This document shows, in pieces, positions 16,303 through 36,367 of a stretch of 64,000 nt of DNA. Source of the stretch: the human T2T-CHM13v2.0 reference genome, Homo sapiens. The translations under genes were made by a program, and so were the position numbers. The DNA lies in NCBI RefSeq assembly GCF_009914755.1, contig NC_060927.1. One strand, written 5' to 3'. The notes under the pieces were generated by a model, which saw only the letters and a program-made list of their open reading frames with translations, had not been told where the DNA came from and did not search any database. Each line of letters begins with the position of its first letter. Within the stretch, counting starts at the first letter, position 1.

Positions 16303-17469
16303 GATTTGCTCAAAGCTCAAAGGCTAGGATCAACAGCTGGCTGAATAGATGGACCATTCTATTACAAAGAAAGAAAGTGAAGATGGGGAGATCACATACA
16401 CGCAAAAGAAAGAGAAAATCTGGGAGAAGAAAGGAAAACATAAAGGGAGAAGGAAGAGGAAAGAGGAATGGAAGAAGGGAGGGAGGCAGGAAAGAAACTG
16501 TGACCTACAATGGCCCAGATATCCTAGGAGACAGCCTGGAGGAGGCCCAGCCATGGCTGACACCTGCTGAGCCCTAATCCTCATCACGTTCTGCAACACA
16601 ACTCTGCTGCTCACCCCAGGGCTCCTCAGTCTTCTTACGTTTGGGTATTTTTCAGCCTCCAAGTGTCCCCTTTACTTTAGATCCTTCTGAATTTCCTACC
16701 TGAGTTCGTATCTGTGTCCTGCCACTTACTAGCTGTCTGACCTTGGGCAGGTCTCAACTCAATTTTTCATACCAGTCATTGGGGACAATGATGATGAAGG
16801 AACAGTGTGTGGCCTGTAAGCGGTAGCACTCCTTACATGATTAAAGTGAAAAGATGTTGGTGTTCCAATGCCTACAAAAGAAGGGGGTCCGTGATTAAAA
16901 ACCACCTGTCTGTTGGATTAAGTCATTTAGAAAGAGGACGACAGTTTCACAGTTCTCAGAACTATTTCACTCTTGTTTTTACCCTGGGATATGTTATCTC
17001 ATTCCATCCTAAAAGGTATATACAATGACAGCTTTAGCAGGTTTTTATCAGCTTAAAATCTGCCGGTGCCTTGTTTTTGCAGTATTAGAGAACAGTAGCA
17101 CTTTACTTTTGCGGTCAAGGGGGAAGACAGAGAAGTGGGAGGGCATTACGAGCAGCAGCCAAGGAATGGCACGCACCACACAGGCTTCATGCTATGGTCA
17201 GGACACAGGCCAAGCCAACTCTTGACCAAATCGCAGGTGAACAAAGTGGAGGTTTGGTCCTTTCTCAAACCTCAAGTTCCATTTCATAAGCATCCAAGAG
17301 ATGGGCCCTCACATGCCGGGTGGACTGTGCACCTGGTAGGTAAGCTGGGAATTGTTTTCCCTGGATCCCCTTCCCTGGATGGTTCTGGGTTAGCGTTGGT
17401 CAGAAGAGGCCCTTGCTTGAGATTGGGAGGGTGGAGAGAAGCAGCAGCCATTGCTCTGGGGAGGTTATC

Positions 17470-18014
<545 letters not shown>

Positions 18015-18160
18015 ATGCACATGTTTCTTACAGGAGGGGAATGCTAGGAATGGAATTGCTGGGTCATGGGATATGCATGTGTCCAACTTTAGTGATACTA
18101 TAAAGAGTAGCTATTTTTTAAAAAAGTGTGAAGGAGGAATTGAATTTTCACATTTAATTA

Positions 18161-18614
<454 letters not shown>

Positions 18615-19014
18615 TCAGTCTTCCATTTCTCTCTATCCTCACAGCCTGACTTCCAGAGCAAGTCATAAATCAATGTTGTCTTAGACTGCTGCAGCCTCCT
18701 CACAGTCTCTTGACTTTATTAACTCTAGAATCTAGGCTCTGCATAGCTGCCAAAGTGAAAATAGGATTCTTTTCACACATTCCTGTTTCAAACCTCCTTC
18801 CTGTGGTCCACAGCCCATACCTTCCTCCTTTCCTCCTTGTGTCTGCCGCACTCCCCCTTGCTCACTCCACTCTCCACTACTTTTTGTTCTTTCCTTCTCT
18901 TTCTTCTCCTTCTTGTTCTTCCTTTCTCTCTTCTCTTCTCCTCTCCTCTTCTCCTTCTCCTTCTTCTCTTCTCCTCCTTCCTGTCTTCTCTCTTCTCTCT
19001 CTCTCTCTCACTCT

Positions 19015-19155
19015 TACATCTTGCTACATTGCCAAGGTTGGACTCCAGTTGCTATTCACAGGCACAATACAGCCTCAAACTCCTGCCCTCAAGCGATCCT
19101 CCTGCCTCAGCTTACCGAGAAGCTGGATCTTCAGATGTGCATCACCACACACAGC
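19015..19155 (-). mobile_element. FAM (fossil Alu monomer) with CT-rich expanded tail (18880-19012)
   Basis: Contains the 7SL-derived gctattcacaggc segment that FAM retains and dimeric Alus lack. Confidence 0.75.
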
Positions 19156-20098
19156 TCCCCAATTACTTTCAGTTAGTTTTGCTTGGGCATCAGCTCGTCC
19201 CCATGTGCAAACACTACTCACCTCAGCCTGAAGCCTTCTCATCACTCAGGCAGGGCCACGACCCTCCTCCTTAATGCTGGGCTTTCCATTCCAAGTCACT
19301 CACTATCCTTTCATTTTTTCTTTTTCTTCTAGTTATTATCATGATTTGAAATTCATATCTTTTGTTTGATGACTAGTTTATGAGCTATTTCCAGCTATAA
19401 CACAGGCTCTAGGAAGGGAAAGTCTTTGTCCATTTTGTTTGAGGCGAGATTCTCCGCACGCAGGAGAGTGATATTCAATATACAATTAGTAGCACTCATG
19501 GCTGCTGCTACTTGTTGATAATTCTGCCAAGAAAAGATTCGTTGAAGAGGTGACATGAAGCCCTTCTGAAAGAATTCTTCACGTTCCTCTGCTCCCAGTT
19601 TAAGAGTTTTAAAGAATATTGTTCACTAAAAGAAAAACATTTGCCTTCCCTCCTTGATTAGAACCAATGAAAAACACTTTAATATAATTTACCTTTAAAA
19701 ATTCTATTTAAAAAATATATACATTGATTTTTATTTCTCTTAAAAAGTTATGCTTTTGCAATTATTTTTGGTGGGGAGGTATGCACGTGTTGCTGAATAT
19801 GATCTAAAAGTAGATACACTCTTAATGAAGTCAGCCCCATGGGGACCAAGCAGTGGTTTCTGGGGCTTCCTAAGGCAGTCTCAGTTAAAATAGTTCCATG
19901 ACAAAGTGACTTTCTCTGACCACGGCTTGACCCTGGCAGACTCTCCACCCTTTGCTGTAATCACTAAGGCAATAATAATAGTTTCATAAATGTGAGGTTC
20001 CTGGAAATGCCTGACCTACTTTTTTGTTGATCAGACAGATACATGTGTTTGTCTGTCTGTTTTAAACTATCTGGATAAATGGAATTTAAAACAAAAGT

Positions 20099-20493
20099 CT
20101 CCCTCCCTCCCTCCCTCCCTCCCTCCCTCCCTTCCTTCCTTCCTTCCATCCTTCCTTCCTTCCTTCCTTATGAGGCAGGGTCTCACGCTGTCATTCAGAC
20201 TAGACTGCAGCTGCACTATCACAGTCCATTGCAGCCTCGAATTCTTGGGCTTAAGCGATCCTCCTGTGTCAGCCTCTTGAGGAGCTGGGACTATAGGTGT
20301 GAAACTATCGGGGGGAGGTATGCACGTGTTGTTGTTAGCCATCATGGCCAGCTAACTTAAAAACTATTTTTAAAAATAGACATAGAATCTCACTATGTTG
20401 CCTAGGCTTGTCTCAAACTCCTGGCCTCAAGTGATCCTCCTGCTTTCACCTCCCAAAATGTTGGGATTACAGGTGTGAGCCTCTGTGCCTGGT
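20099..20493 (-). mobile_element. AluJ-type with (CCCT)n(CCTT)n tail and a ~35-bp foreign insert
   Basis: Antisense dimer 20170-20493; microsatellite 20099-20167. Confidence 0.88.
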
Positions 20494-21471
20494 CTCACTA
20501 CTGTTTTAAGTTGTAGTTTAAAATTTTCCAAAATTTTTTGGGAGCTCCTTTAAAAGCAACAATAAGCTCAGGGTGAATGCTGCCTTTGTCACACTCTGAA
20601 AGAAAACATTTAGACACTTGCAGGACTTAAAATGGGAAAGACAAAGGTCCAGTTCCCAAGGTTAAAGGCTCTCACACACCGAACTCATGAATCACTGTGA
20701 TGCTTACCTGGGAGAAAGAGAAGAAAAAGAGGAGAATTGAAAAGAAAAAAAGGTAAAAGCCTCTTACAAGGCTTGCTTAGAAATAAGAGGTTAAATAGAT
20801 CTCAATGAAATACACAGAAGATTAATTCTCCCCTTCCTTCAGAACCCCAAAAGGCTCTGCAGCTGACGCAAATCACACTTTTTTGCTTCCTCCTCAGTCT
20901 TAAAGTAATAAAATTAAATAACTTTATGGTTTCTCTATATTTTGGGACAGGTCCAAATAGAACTGAAGCCATCAAATGCATAAAATAACAGCATAAAAGA
21001 TAAATCACTTCTCATCAAATCCCAAATAAAAATTCTTTTTCCTTCTCAACTTCCAACAGTTCCACCATAGCTAGACCTTTTTAATACAATAGCTTACCTA
21101 ACAACAGTCGTCAAACCACCTCACGTATCTGGAACCAAGCTAGGAACTGATAAGCAAAAACTACTGCCTCATGTCATATTTGTTATAAAGTTCACAACCT
21201 AAAAATTGAAGAAGACCTTCTTTCACTTCTAGCCTATTTACCCATTTACAAAAGTTCTAACAAGTTTTGTTGCTAAATTAACATAATATTTGTTGAGAGT
21301 AGTCTGATGGTCTAGTTTCAAAGTTCACGGGACTTGTGCAACTGGAAACAGTGAATTAGACGGAAATAGTAGGTCTTGTAGGAGGTAAGCATAACTGCAA
21401 ATTAGACAAAAAAGAAGTTTAACAAGCACATCAAATTTAGGATGAAAGTAGGGTCCAATAGTGTTAAGACC

Positions 21472-22222
<751 letters not shown>

Positions 22223-22929
22223 CATCTCCATGGTCAGAAGGTGCCTAAGCATGCTACTTTTCAGGAAAGTGAGTGACGTTTAAAAACTCAATTTAAAAAT
22301 AGTAGAGCCATCCACTACTTAGTCAGTCCCACTTTCACTGATCAATCACCAAATCCCACTGGGGCTTCCTCAGCCATGTCTGTGCCTTTCTCAGGATTGC
22401 TGAGAACAGCTGGGTGAGAAGACACCTGTGAGCACTCAGTACTGTAGCCAGCACATGGTAAGCTCTCAGATGTGGCTGGTACTATTACTATTTCCTGAAG
22501 CTGGACCGCCCTCCCTCCCTACTGCCACACTCAAGTCCAGCTCTGTTCCTTCTCTCTGGACCACTTCTCCAGCAGAAGAGTAGCTTTCAGGGGTAACAGG
22601 GAGAGAGTTCTGTTTTATACCTATCAGGCTGGAGGTGCCTATGAGACCCCCAAAGGTGGGCTCCAGAGCCTTGTAAGAGCTGAGCTGGAAAAGGAAATGT
22701 AAGCATGTCCAGCACATCTGTGAGGACAATCCCCAAAAGTGTAAGAAGAGAGCCCAGGACCAAGTCCTGAGGACTGCAACATAGAAGCTGACAGAGAAGC
22801 CTGAGAAGGAGCAAAGAGAGGGAAGAAAACCAGGAGAAGTTTGGGCACGCAAGTCAGGAGAAGCAATCCCCCCACCTCTCACCAAGTAGCTGGGACTGCA
22901 GGTGCCATCATGCCCTTGTAACTATCCTA

Positions 22930-23095
22930 TAGTTATCTAGGGGCTCCATCCTAAGTCGCCTCATTAGCACAAACCCAGGTGGGATTGAAAGAGGCTAGTT
23001 ATGAATAACAAAAGACACTCCTACCACTCAGAAAATTCCAAGGGTTTTAGGGCCCTGGAACCAGGGACAAAGACCAAATATATTTCTTACTATAC
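22930..23095 (-). mobile_element. MER21-like LTR fragment
   Basis: cctcattagcacaaac...ttatgaataacaaaagacactcct...aaattccaagggttttag...gacaaagaccaaatatatttctt. Confidence 0.65.
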
Positions 23096-23340
23096 TATTC
23101 CCTTGAAAAATATCAATCCCTCTGCACAAAATATCCTTCCCACTAGGAAGACCAGACCTTTCCCAGCAATCTTAAGCACTTATAATTTCTTCCTCTCCAA
23201 GGCCCAACTGCATGGTTTACATATCTCTTACAGACTCTTATAATCCTCTTGGGCTCTTTCTATACCTCTGTCTCTCCAAATGGATTGAGACCAAGTGACT
23301 AACACTGATAAGGTTTTAAAAGTTTTACATACTCTTTTCT

Positions 23341-23580
23341 GGCATAATCATGTCTCAGTGCAGCCTTGATTTGCTGGGCTCAAGCAATCCTCCCATCTCC
23401 CACCAAGTAGCTGGGACTACAGGTGCATGCCACCAAGCCCAGCTAATTCAAAAATTTTTTTTGTAGAGATGAGGTCTTATTAAGTTGCCTAGGCTGGTCT
23501 CAAACCCCTGAGCTCAAGTGATCCTACCACCTCGGTCTCCCAAAGGGCTAGGATTACAGGTGTGAGCCATCGCGTCGGCC
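23341..23580 (-). mobile_element. AluJ-type, tail end missing
   Basis: Antisense Alu body. Confidence 0.85.
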
Positions 23581-23950
23581 AGGAAATTTCAAAAGCAAGA
23601 TGCAACAAACAGTTAAAAGAAGGAATTTCTTTCAACCGTTTATTATACATTGTTTTATTTCATAGTTATTTTACATCTTGAAGGTGGGACAATTTATCTT
23701 TAAAATACAGAATTACTTTTCATCAGTATTCTATTTTGATTCTTGACTCTTCAAAGCATAATTTTGGTTAAGGAAAAATGGACACTATCCCACTCACACC
23801 ATGCTCTGTCATGCACCTAAACCTACCACAAAATGTTGAAGGCTGCATAGGATATTGACAGGAGACTTATCCACACCCAGCTGAAAGAGAGATAAATAGC
23901 ACAAGCACTGCTGCAGTGGCAGAACATGACATTTCAGGTTTGGCATATAG

Positions 23951-24289
23951 CAGGGGTCCCCAAACCCCAGGCCACAGACTGGTCTGCGGCCTGTTAGGAA
24001 CCGGGCCGCACAGTGAGAGGTGAGCGAGCATTACTGCCTGAGCGCCACCTCCTGTCAGATCGGCAGCAGCATCAGATTCTCATAGGAGCAGGAACCCTAT
24101 TGTGAACTGCGCACGCGAGGGATATAGGCTGTGCACTCCTTATGAGAATCTAACTAATGCCTGATGATTTGAGGTGGAACAGTTTCATCCCAAAACCATT
24201 TCCACCCCCCCACCCCTGACCACACAGTCCATGGAAACAGTGTCTTCCACGAAACTAGTCCCTGATACCAACAAGGTTGGGGACCACTG
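23951..24289 (+). mobile_element. MER1B (hAT-Charlie MITE)
   Basis: 339 bp; TIRs CAGGGGTCCCCAA / TTGGGGACCACTG; 8-bp TSD GCATATAG / GCATACAG. Confidence 0.9.
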
Positions 24290-25004
24290 GCATACAGGAC
24301 ATATTGTGGAAAGCACTGGAGAAGAACGCTTCCTATCTAATGGACTTTCCAGTCAGATAAGAACTCAGTGAGGTCAAAGCATTGCCCTGTGTCTGCTGGA
24401 CAGAGCAGAACATGCCTGACCCCTTTCTACTGAAGTCCCAGTTGATATTCATTCACATCTGGCATTAACCAGAAAGCCACATCCGACTCAAGTAAAGCCA
24501 GTGTAAACAAAAGTGATTTTTTAATCTTATGAATCGCCCTTATCAGTGACTTTGCTCTCTAAATCAAGGTAGTTTCTTTACAGTAAAATGAATAGGAAGA
24601 GCATAGAGTCCTGTGCCAGGGCCTTTGACAAGGGCCTCTCCTGATGAAGGATGTGGGGGTTAGTGCACAGCCTTAGAAACAGCTGGGGCTTCAGGGATCA
24701 TTTTGTCCAACCCCACACCGCAACTGCCAGCTCCCTGCATTCAAACCATGTGCTAACGTGCTCATTCTTTCAAATGTCAGAGCTTAGCACTCAGTGTGGG
24801 AGTGGGATCTGCCTGTTCTGAGGTGGCTGATCATTTAGAAGCCCCAGAGCTGGCCTGGGACTGTCCCCAGCAGCAGGGACCACTGTGCACCAGAAAACAG
24901 AAACCACATTGGTTCTGTGTTAGGTAGGATGTGTGTGTACCCTTGGACCTTCACACGCATTCAGTCCAAAGTCCACAAACTTCTTGGATGGGCCTTGTGT
25001 GTGG

Positions 25005-25490
25005 CACTTTATTGACATAGAATTCATATACCATACAATTCAGCAGTCTTTAGTATACTACAGAGCTGCACAACCATTACCAAAGTCAATTATAGAACAT
25101 TTCGTCACTCCGTTAAGAAGCCCTGTACCCTTTAACATTCTCTTCCCATCCAACCAACACTCTCTTTTCCCTGCTCTAGGCAATCACAGATCTTCCTGTC
25201 TATATGAATTTGCCTGTTCCGGACATTTCATGTAAATGGAATCATGCAACATACAGTCCTTTGTGACTGGCGTCTTTCATTAGCCTAATGTTTTCAAAAT
25301 TCTTCCATGTTGTAACATGTATCAATACTTCATTTCTTTTTATTGCTGAATCATATTCCATTGTATGGATGTACTACATTTCGTTTATTCATTCCTCAGC
25401 TGATGGACATTTGGGCTGTTTCCACCTTTTGGCAATTATGGATAACGGTGCAATGAACAGTTGTGTACAAGTGTTTGAGTGGACATATGG
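25005..25490 (-). mobile_element. L1MB-type 3' end
   Basis: ggacatttcatgtaaatggaatcat...tattccattgtatggat...ggacatttgggctgtttcc. Confidence 0.8.
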
Positions 25491-26340
25491 ATTAGATGGG
25501 CTTTTGGGGGTCTGAACCCTTTGACACATTCACAAATACTGTGTGGAGATGTACTTTCAAGCCTGGAGATGCAGAGCATTCATCAGACTGACCAAATAAG
25601 TAAAGAGCCCCAGCCTAGATAATGAGTATGAGTTCCTCACCGGTTCTCAATGCTGCCTGCTTTTTCACATGGGCCTTCAAGACACGGCTGGGGCTCAGGT
25701 AGATGTGCCACTGAGCACTTCTGTACCTCGCACAAGTTACTTAGCTATCTAAGCCTCCAGCTACTCATCTGCAAACTGGAGATAATGATCCATCTACCAC
25801 AGGTGCCTCTTTTGATGGCTACGGAGATAGTGTCTATAAAGCGTTGAGCAGAACGCCTGGGTCAGTAACTCTTGCGTGTGACACCTTTAAGACTTGGCCA
25901 AGATGAACCTCCCTCTGACCTCCAACACATCCCACACTTTTCCATTGGTCTCTACTGCATTAGGAGGGGAGAAAAAGAGGGATCGAGGGAACAAGAACTT
26001 GCTAGCTAAAGGGGGAAGATCCAGGGAGGGCTTTCTTTGTGTTTAGGTCCTAGAGCTCCTAGTTACCACTTTTTGGCTGAAAAATGGGACTCGGCAGAAA
26101 GATGGAGAGGCTGACAAAATGCAGGTAGAGGAAATATGAGAACAGGATCTTGCCCTGAAGGAAGAAGGTGGGGAGGAGATTCAGAATTCAGACTTCCTCC
26201 TAGATACCACTGGGCAGGAAATGAGGTTGGAGGCAGAGAGATAAGTCTGACAGGAAGCTGAGGGAACAAAGGAGTTACACCTGATAGCAGTCAAGGAGGA
26301 TGAGGTCTTCAGTGGAGAGGGTGGAGAGTCAGGTGGCTTA

Positions 26341-27390
<1,050 letters not shown>

Positions 27391-27477
27391 TTAAAGCCTA
27401 AAATTCCAAAGGTATGTTCAGCAAGATATATGCCTGTGCTGGGCCATAAAACAAGTCTAAATACATTTAAGAAGACT

Positions 27478-28955
<1,478 letters not shown>

Positions 28956-29012
28956 TAATAATCTATGGTTCAAAGAAGAAATCATATGGGAAAGTAGAAA
29001 ATATTTCTAACA

Positions 29013-29486
<474 letters not shown>

Positions 29487-29699
29487 TTAAACAAGCAACA
29501 CATAAATAAATAAAAGGGCATTTTATTAAACACACACCATGTACATCTTTTGCCTTCTCCTCCTCCAGCTATTAACATAATTTTCTCCTCTTCTTCAGAA
29601 TTAAATTTCTCAAAAAGAACGTTTATATTCAAGTATTCCTGTTCGTATTCCTTACCCTGGTCTTCTCTATAGAATGCAATCTGGCTGGGAGATGCTTCA

Positions 29700-31270
29700 C
29701 TCCACTGGAACAAGGCTTACTGATTCCCAAGGGCCTCCTTGCTTCTAAAACCACCGAAGTGCTTCTGTCTTTATCTTGTTTGTCCTCTTGGCAGCATAAA
29801 TGCTGGTTTTCTTCCTACTTGTTTGGTCTCTCCTCTTCAGTCTTCATCATGTTTTTGTCCCTCAAACATCAGCCTTACGTCCTCTTTTCTTCCCTCTGCA
29901 TCCTCTCTCCTTGAGAGACCTCATCCAGCCCATGTTTTCAACAATCATCTATACAACAATGATCTTCTACATACATTCCTGGCCCAGATCCCTGCCCTGA
30001 ATTCCCAGCCTATAGATCCAACAACCCTCCTCCAATACTGTCTTTCCCAGCCATTCTCCAAGGCCTCTGCTATGGTCTGAATGTTTGTGTCCACCCAAAA
30101 CTCATCTGTTAAAATTCTAGCCCCCATGTGATGGGTTAGGAGGTGGGGCCCCCTTTGGGAGGTGATTAGGTCATGAAGGTGGAGCCCTCATGAATGAAAT
30201 TAGTGTCCTCATAAAAGAGACCCAAGAGAGCTCCTTTGCCCCTTCAGCCATGTAAGGACATAGAGGGTGCTGTCTATGATGAAGTAGACTCTCACCAGAC
30301 AGCAAATCTACTGGTGCCCTGATATTGAAGACTTCCTAGCCTCCAGAACTGTGAGAAATAAATGCCTGTTGTTTATAAGCCACCCAGCTTATGGTATTTT
30401 GTTATAGCAGCCCAAATAGACTAAGGCAGCTTTTCAAACACAATTGGTCTAAATTCAAACTCATGACCCCCCTTTCTAAGCCTAAGTCCCCTTCTGAAGC
30501 TGCTTCTTTCAGCAAATGGTACCATTCTGCCCAGCTGCAAGCTTGAGACCTGAGTCATCCGAGACATATCCCTCTCCCCAAACCCTCCTGTCCAATCCAT
30601 TGTCACAATTTATTGATCCAACTTCGAACATCTCTCAAATAGTTGATGTCATCTCCATCTTAGATACCACCATCCCAGTTTCTCAATGAGACTATGGTCC
30701 AGCCTCCTAGATGGTTTCCTCGAATCCATAAGTGTCCTTACCCAAACCATTCTGCACAATGGGGTCAGAGGAGCTTGTCAGATCACAGTCTTATCATGTC
30801 ACTCTCCTGCTTCAATGGCTCTCAACACAAAGACAAAACTTTAACGTGGCCTATAAGGCCCGTCCCAATCTAGTCTCTACCTACTTTCCACACTTGACAT
30901 TTTCCCCTCCAACCCCATGGCCTTTGCACAAGCTGTTACCTCTCCCAGGAACATGCTTTCTTCCCTTCTTGCCATGCTAATTCTTACTCATCCTTCATAT
31001 CTCTGACAAGCATCACTATCTTAGGGAAGGCTTCCCTGACCTCCCTGACAAGGCAAAATGCACCAATTATTATCAACCCCATAGCCCTTCTTAGCATCCA
31101 TCACAGCTATGGTTTTACTTTTTAATATGAGTCTGCCTCCCTCACTAGACTGAAAGTTCCATGAGGGAAAGGACCATGTTTGGTTTTATTCATGATTGTA
31201 TCCTTAGTGCCTGGCACACACCTTGGGCACATAGTGGCCACAGAATGAGAAGTGTGTTGAATGAGTGATG
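29700..31270 (+). mobile_element. L2 fragments (interrupted by MLT1A)
   Basis: ggaaggcttccctgacc...ctagactgaaagttccatgagggaaaggacc...gttgaatgagtga. Confidence 0.7.
30069..30428 (+). mobile_element. MLT1A-type LTR
   Basis: TG...CA ends: tgctatggtctgaatgtttgtgtcc...gttatagcagcccaaatagactaaggca. Confidence 0.85.
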
Positions 31271-31817
31271 GTAAGGTGATCTAGGATGAAAACAGGACAT
31301 GAGGGAGAGGAGAAGGCGGTGAAGGAAGATATGCCAATGTCTTCAAACGACAAGGCGGAGTGACTGGGAAGTGAAAATGGATGAGGAAGAGTGGAGAAGC
31401 AGACAGCTTATGATAGAAGCCCCAGGGGTGTGGGGCTGGATGCAGGTGGGGATATTCTGGGAGCACTGGGCTTGGCATAAATGAAAACCAGACAGACTCT
31501 CCCAGAGGGATCCACCTCTTTGTCTTGACTGGATTGTCCTCAAGATAAAGAGAAAGCACCCCTATAATCAGCATCAAAAGGGGTCATGATTCTTCTTGGA
31601 GGAGGCAGAATGGTGTCATTCACTACAGGAAGCCAATGACAAGGGGGCAGATGGCAGCACCTCCGAGCTGGCCACTGAATCCCTGAAGATCTGCCACAAT
31701 CCGCCTCCTGAAGAATGTCCGAAACGCCACACTCAAAACCATCACACGATATCTCACTAACAGCTCTTTGTGATTCTTTCTCAGACACTAACAACCAAAA
31801 GTTTAGGCCTGAATTCA

Positions 31818-32147
<330 letters not shown>

Positions 32148-32470
32148 TCACATGTCTCTGCATTCCAGGGAAATGGGAAAAGCAAACCGGGATACAAAAC
32201 ACCAACAGGAAATGAACCTCGAAATATGTGTACATCGAAGTAACACAGATCTAACTGGAGGTTGAATTACAAATCCTTGGGAAGAGATATATTCCCCAAA
32301 CTATAGCTTTCTCCTTTGCAGGTCATGATGTCTCTATAAAAGGCCCAGAGTTTCTGCTTCTACAGAAAGGGCATTGAGTTGCTAGAGTGATTGATCCCAA
32401 ATTCCCAAATTTTCAGAGTTTGGCTGAGAGCCACTGCTAGAATAGAGAAAGATGGGCACCAAGAAAGATG

Positions 32471-32943
<473 letters not shown>

Positions 32944-34149
32944 TGGAATCTGGGGACAGAAGGAATGAGTGAGTGTGGGATACAAAGGAATAGTCATCCC
33001 ACTGCGGATGGAGCAGGTACGACGGATGCAGCCAGGAGCAAATATTGGCCTTGAGCACCTCAGCCATCATCACAGGGAGGACCACACCCGAGTCACTCAC
33101 CTGTTATGAGGGCCAAGTGAGATAACATACATGAGAATACTGTGATACCTTAAGAGGATAGGAAGGTAATGATGACGATGGCAAACCTCAGACCTGAATT
33201 CAGAAGCTGCTCTATTTGTTCCACACAGGCCAGGGCTGGGCTGTCAAGGCTCAGCTAACTTCCCCTTCCCTGGCTTGTATGTAGGGAACTTCCCCATTCC
33301 CAGTGGAATCCCAGATACCAAGTCTCGATTGCCCATTTAATAATTTGATAAATATTAACCAGGTGGCTGTATGTCAGGCTCTTTGACAGGTACTGGAGAC
33401 CCAGAGACTACACAACAGAGTCGAGTCACTCCCATGGGTCAATGTGGCCTGTGAGAGCCAGGCAGGAGGCCATGAAGTCCACCCTGAGCACAAGAACTAT
33501 GAGAGAGACATTTATACTGGAGGCAAAGGTGGCCTGCACACAGCTATTCCCTAAGTTCCCTAAGATGTAATTGCCTGATCTCAAGAGGGTCAGGAAATAG
33601 CCCCAGACACCTGTCCTGCCCTAGCCTGGGTGGTGCCATTGTTCCCTTGATAAGGCATTCTCTCCTCTCGCGGAGGTTGAGCTCCCTGAGAGAAGCCTGT
33701 CTCTTGACACCTTTGCATTCCCCAAAGCACCTGGTGGGGCATCTCGCGGAGTGGGAGCTTAACAAATGCTTGCTGAATAATGCTCTAAAAATATGTGTTA
33801 GAAAAACTTATTTGGGCTACACATCTGGACACAGGAGTAATCAACAGAGGTGAGAGCCAGTGCCCCAAGGGAAGAGGCTTCCTACAAGTGAAGAGTTTGC
33901 CACAGGCTAACCATCCAAACCCATAAAACAGGGCAGAACAGAGGCTCAGCTGGCTTTACTGGCAAAGGAGTGCCTTCAGTGAGCTTGGTGGTCTTTTAAA
34001 GCAGAGGAAAAGCATGGTGGAGGGGCTTCCTCCTTCTGTTTCTTTCTATAGGATGACCAAACTCAAACACAGGGGAAAGGTTCTGTTTGCAAAGCTCAAC
34101 TTTCTCATCACCTACAGAGGAAAACAGCTCTTCAAAATAGCTCAACTAC

Positions 34150-34436
34150 TTCTTTTTTTTGAGACAAGGTCTCACTTTGTCACCCAGACTAGAGTGCAGT
34201 GGCATGATCATAGGTCATTTTAATCTCCAACTTCTGGACTCAAGCAATTCTCCTGCCTCAGCCTCCTGAGTAGCTGAGACCACAGGTGCATGTCACCACA
34301 CCTGGCTAAGTTTTTAATTCTTTGTAGAGGTCTCACTATTTTACCCAGGCTGGTCTTGAACTCCTGGCCTCAAGTGATCCTCCTGCCTTGGCTTCCCAAA
34401 GTGCTGAGATTACAGGTGTGAGCCACTGTACTGGGC
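34150..34436 (-). mobile_element. AluJ-type, ~60 nt from the exon 14 donor
   Basis: Antisense dimer; TSD tcaact. Confidence 0.9.
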
Positions 34437-34455
34437 TTCAACTTCTAAGTTGTCA

Positions 34456-34635
<180 letters not shown>

Positions 34636-35771
34636 TCAAGACCAAATGACAATTGAATTGAGGGTAAGAAGGTCAGCAAGGAGAGGCAGCATGCTCAGTT
34701 AATTTAGCACTCATTTTCTTGCCTTGAAGTGTCACCAGACTTGGAAAGAAATGCTTTGATAGCATCTTAGCCCAAGTTACCGGCCAGGTCGGAAAGATCC
34801 CCCAATCACTGCTTCCTAAACAGGAAAACTGCCAGACACAGCTCAGAGCATGGAACGGTCTAAGCTGGTTTCCTTTGCCCTGGAATGTTTTACTGCCAAC
34901 TACTTTTAGTGGAAAATTCCAGGGGAGGATTCTTACTAGAGTAGCTGCTTCGTGTTCTGACAGCACAAAAGTCACTCACAAAAAATTGCTTCTGAACAAC
35001 ATGGAGAGATAAGACAAAATCAGACAAAAGAGATAAAATCAGAGAAGTTAGGTGGAGTATTCTCACCTCAAAATACTTGACATGATGCATTAACCACGAA
35101 AATCATACAACAGAATGAGGAAAAACAACAGGTATTTTATCAACAACATATTCCTAACTTTTTAAAAGGTTAGACTTTAAAAATTGACCTTACAATGATC
35201 ATAATTCACTAAGACAACACCCAAGTTAGAAGCGAAGAAACAGTCACCATCAATAGAGCAGAATGTCTTAGTAATCTGCTCCCACTGAAATGAAAGCTGT
35301 TGATTACAAGAGAATGGGAAATATTTTAAAATCTTCTGAACAAATTTTCTTGGTGAAGAAAATCTTTTCCTGTGTTCCTTCCTGTGACCATTTCAGTGAG
35401 AGGACTGGAAGTCCTGAAATGCATCTGCTTTTGTTATGAAACACGGTTCTTTGTGCATTTCAGTAATAGTTGTCACGAGCAGTCCTTCAGAATATAATTT
35501 CTCATGTAGGATAAAGGCACGAAGTTCAACAAACTTTGTACAGTGGCAGGTACAAAATTGAATTGGAAATGGACCCCACCCTTAAGGAGCAAAGAAAGCA
35601 CAGGCAACATCAGTCACAGAAGGGCGGCCTTGGCTGGGGAGACCCCGAAGGCTTCTGAGAGGGTGGCGCATCAAGCACAGCCCTCTGGGTTAAGATGGTG
35701 GGTAGGGTGGATTTCAGCAAATGGCACATGCATGAGGCCTCACAGCAAGCAAGAGGCACAGCTAAGGGTCA

Positions 35772-36154
<383 letters not shown>

Positions 36155-36187
36155 TTAACAAGTGCAGGCTGCTCATCCCCACCCTCA

Positions 36188-36367
<180 letters not shown>

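Noticed and set aside
18710-19274. Leu/Ser/Phe-rich ORFs resembling membrane proteins
   Set aside because: They translate the CT-rich low-complexity tail of a FAM element.
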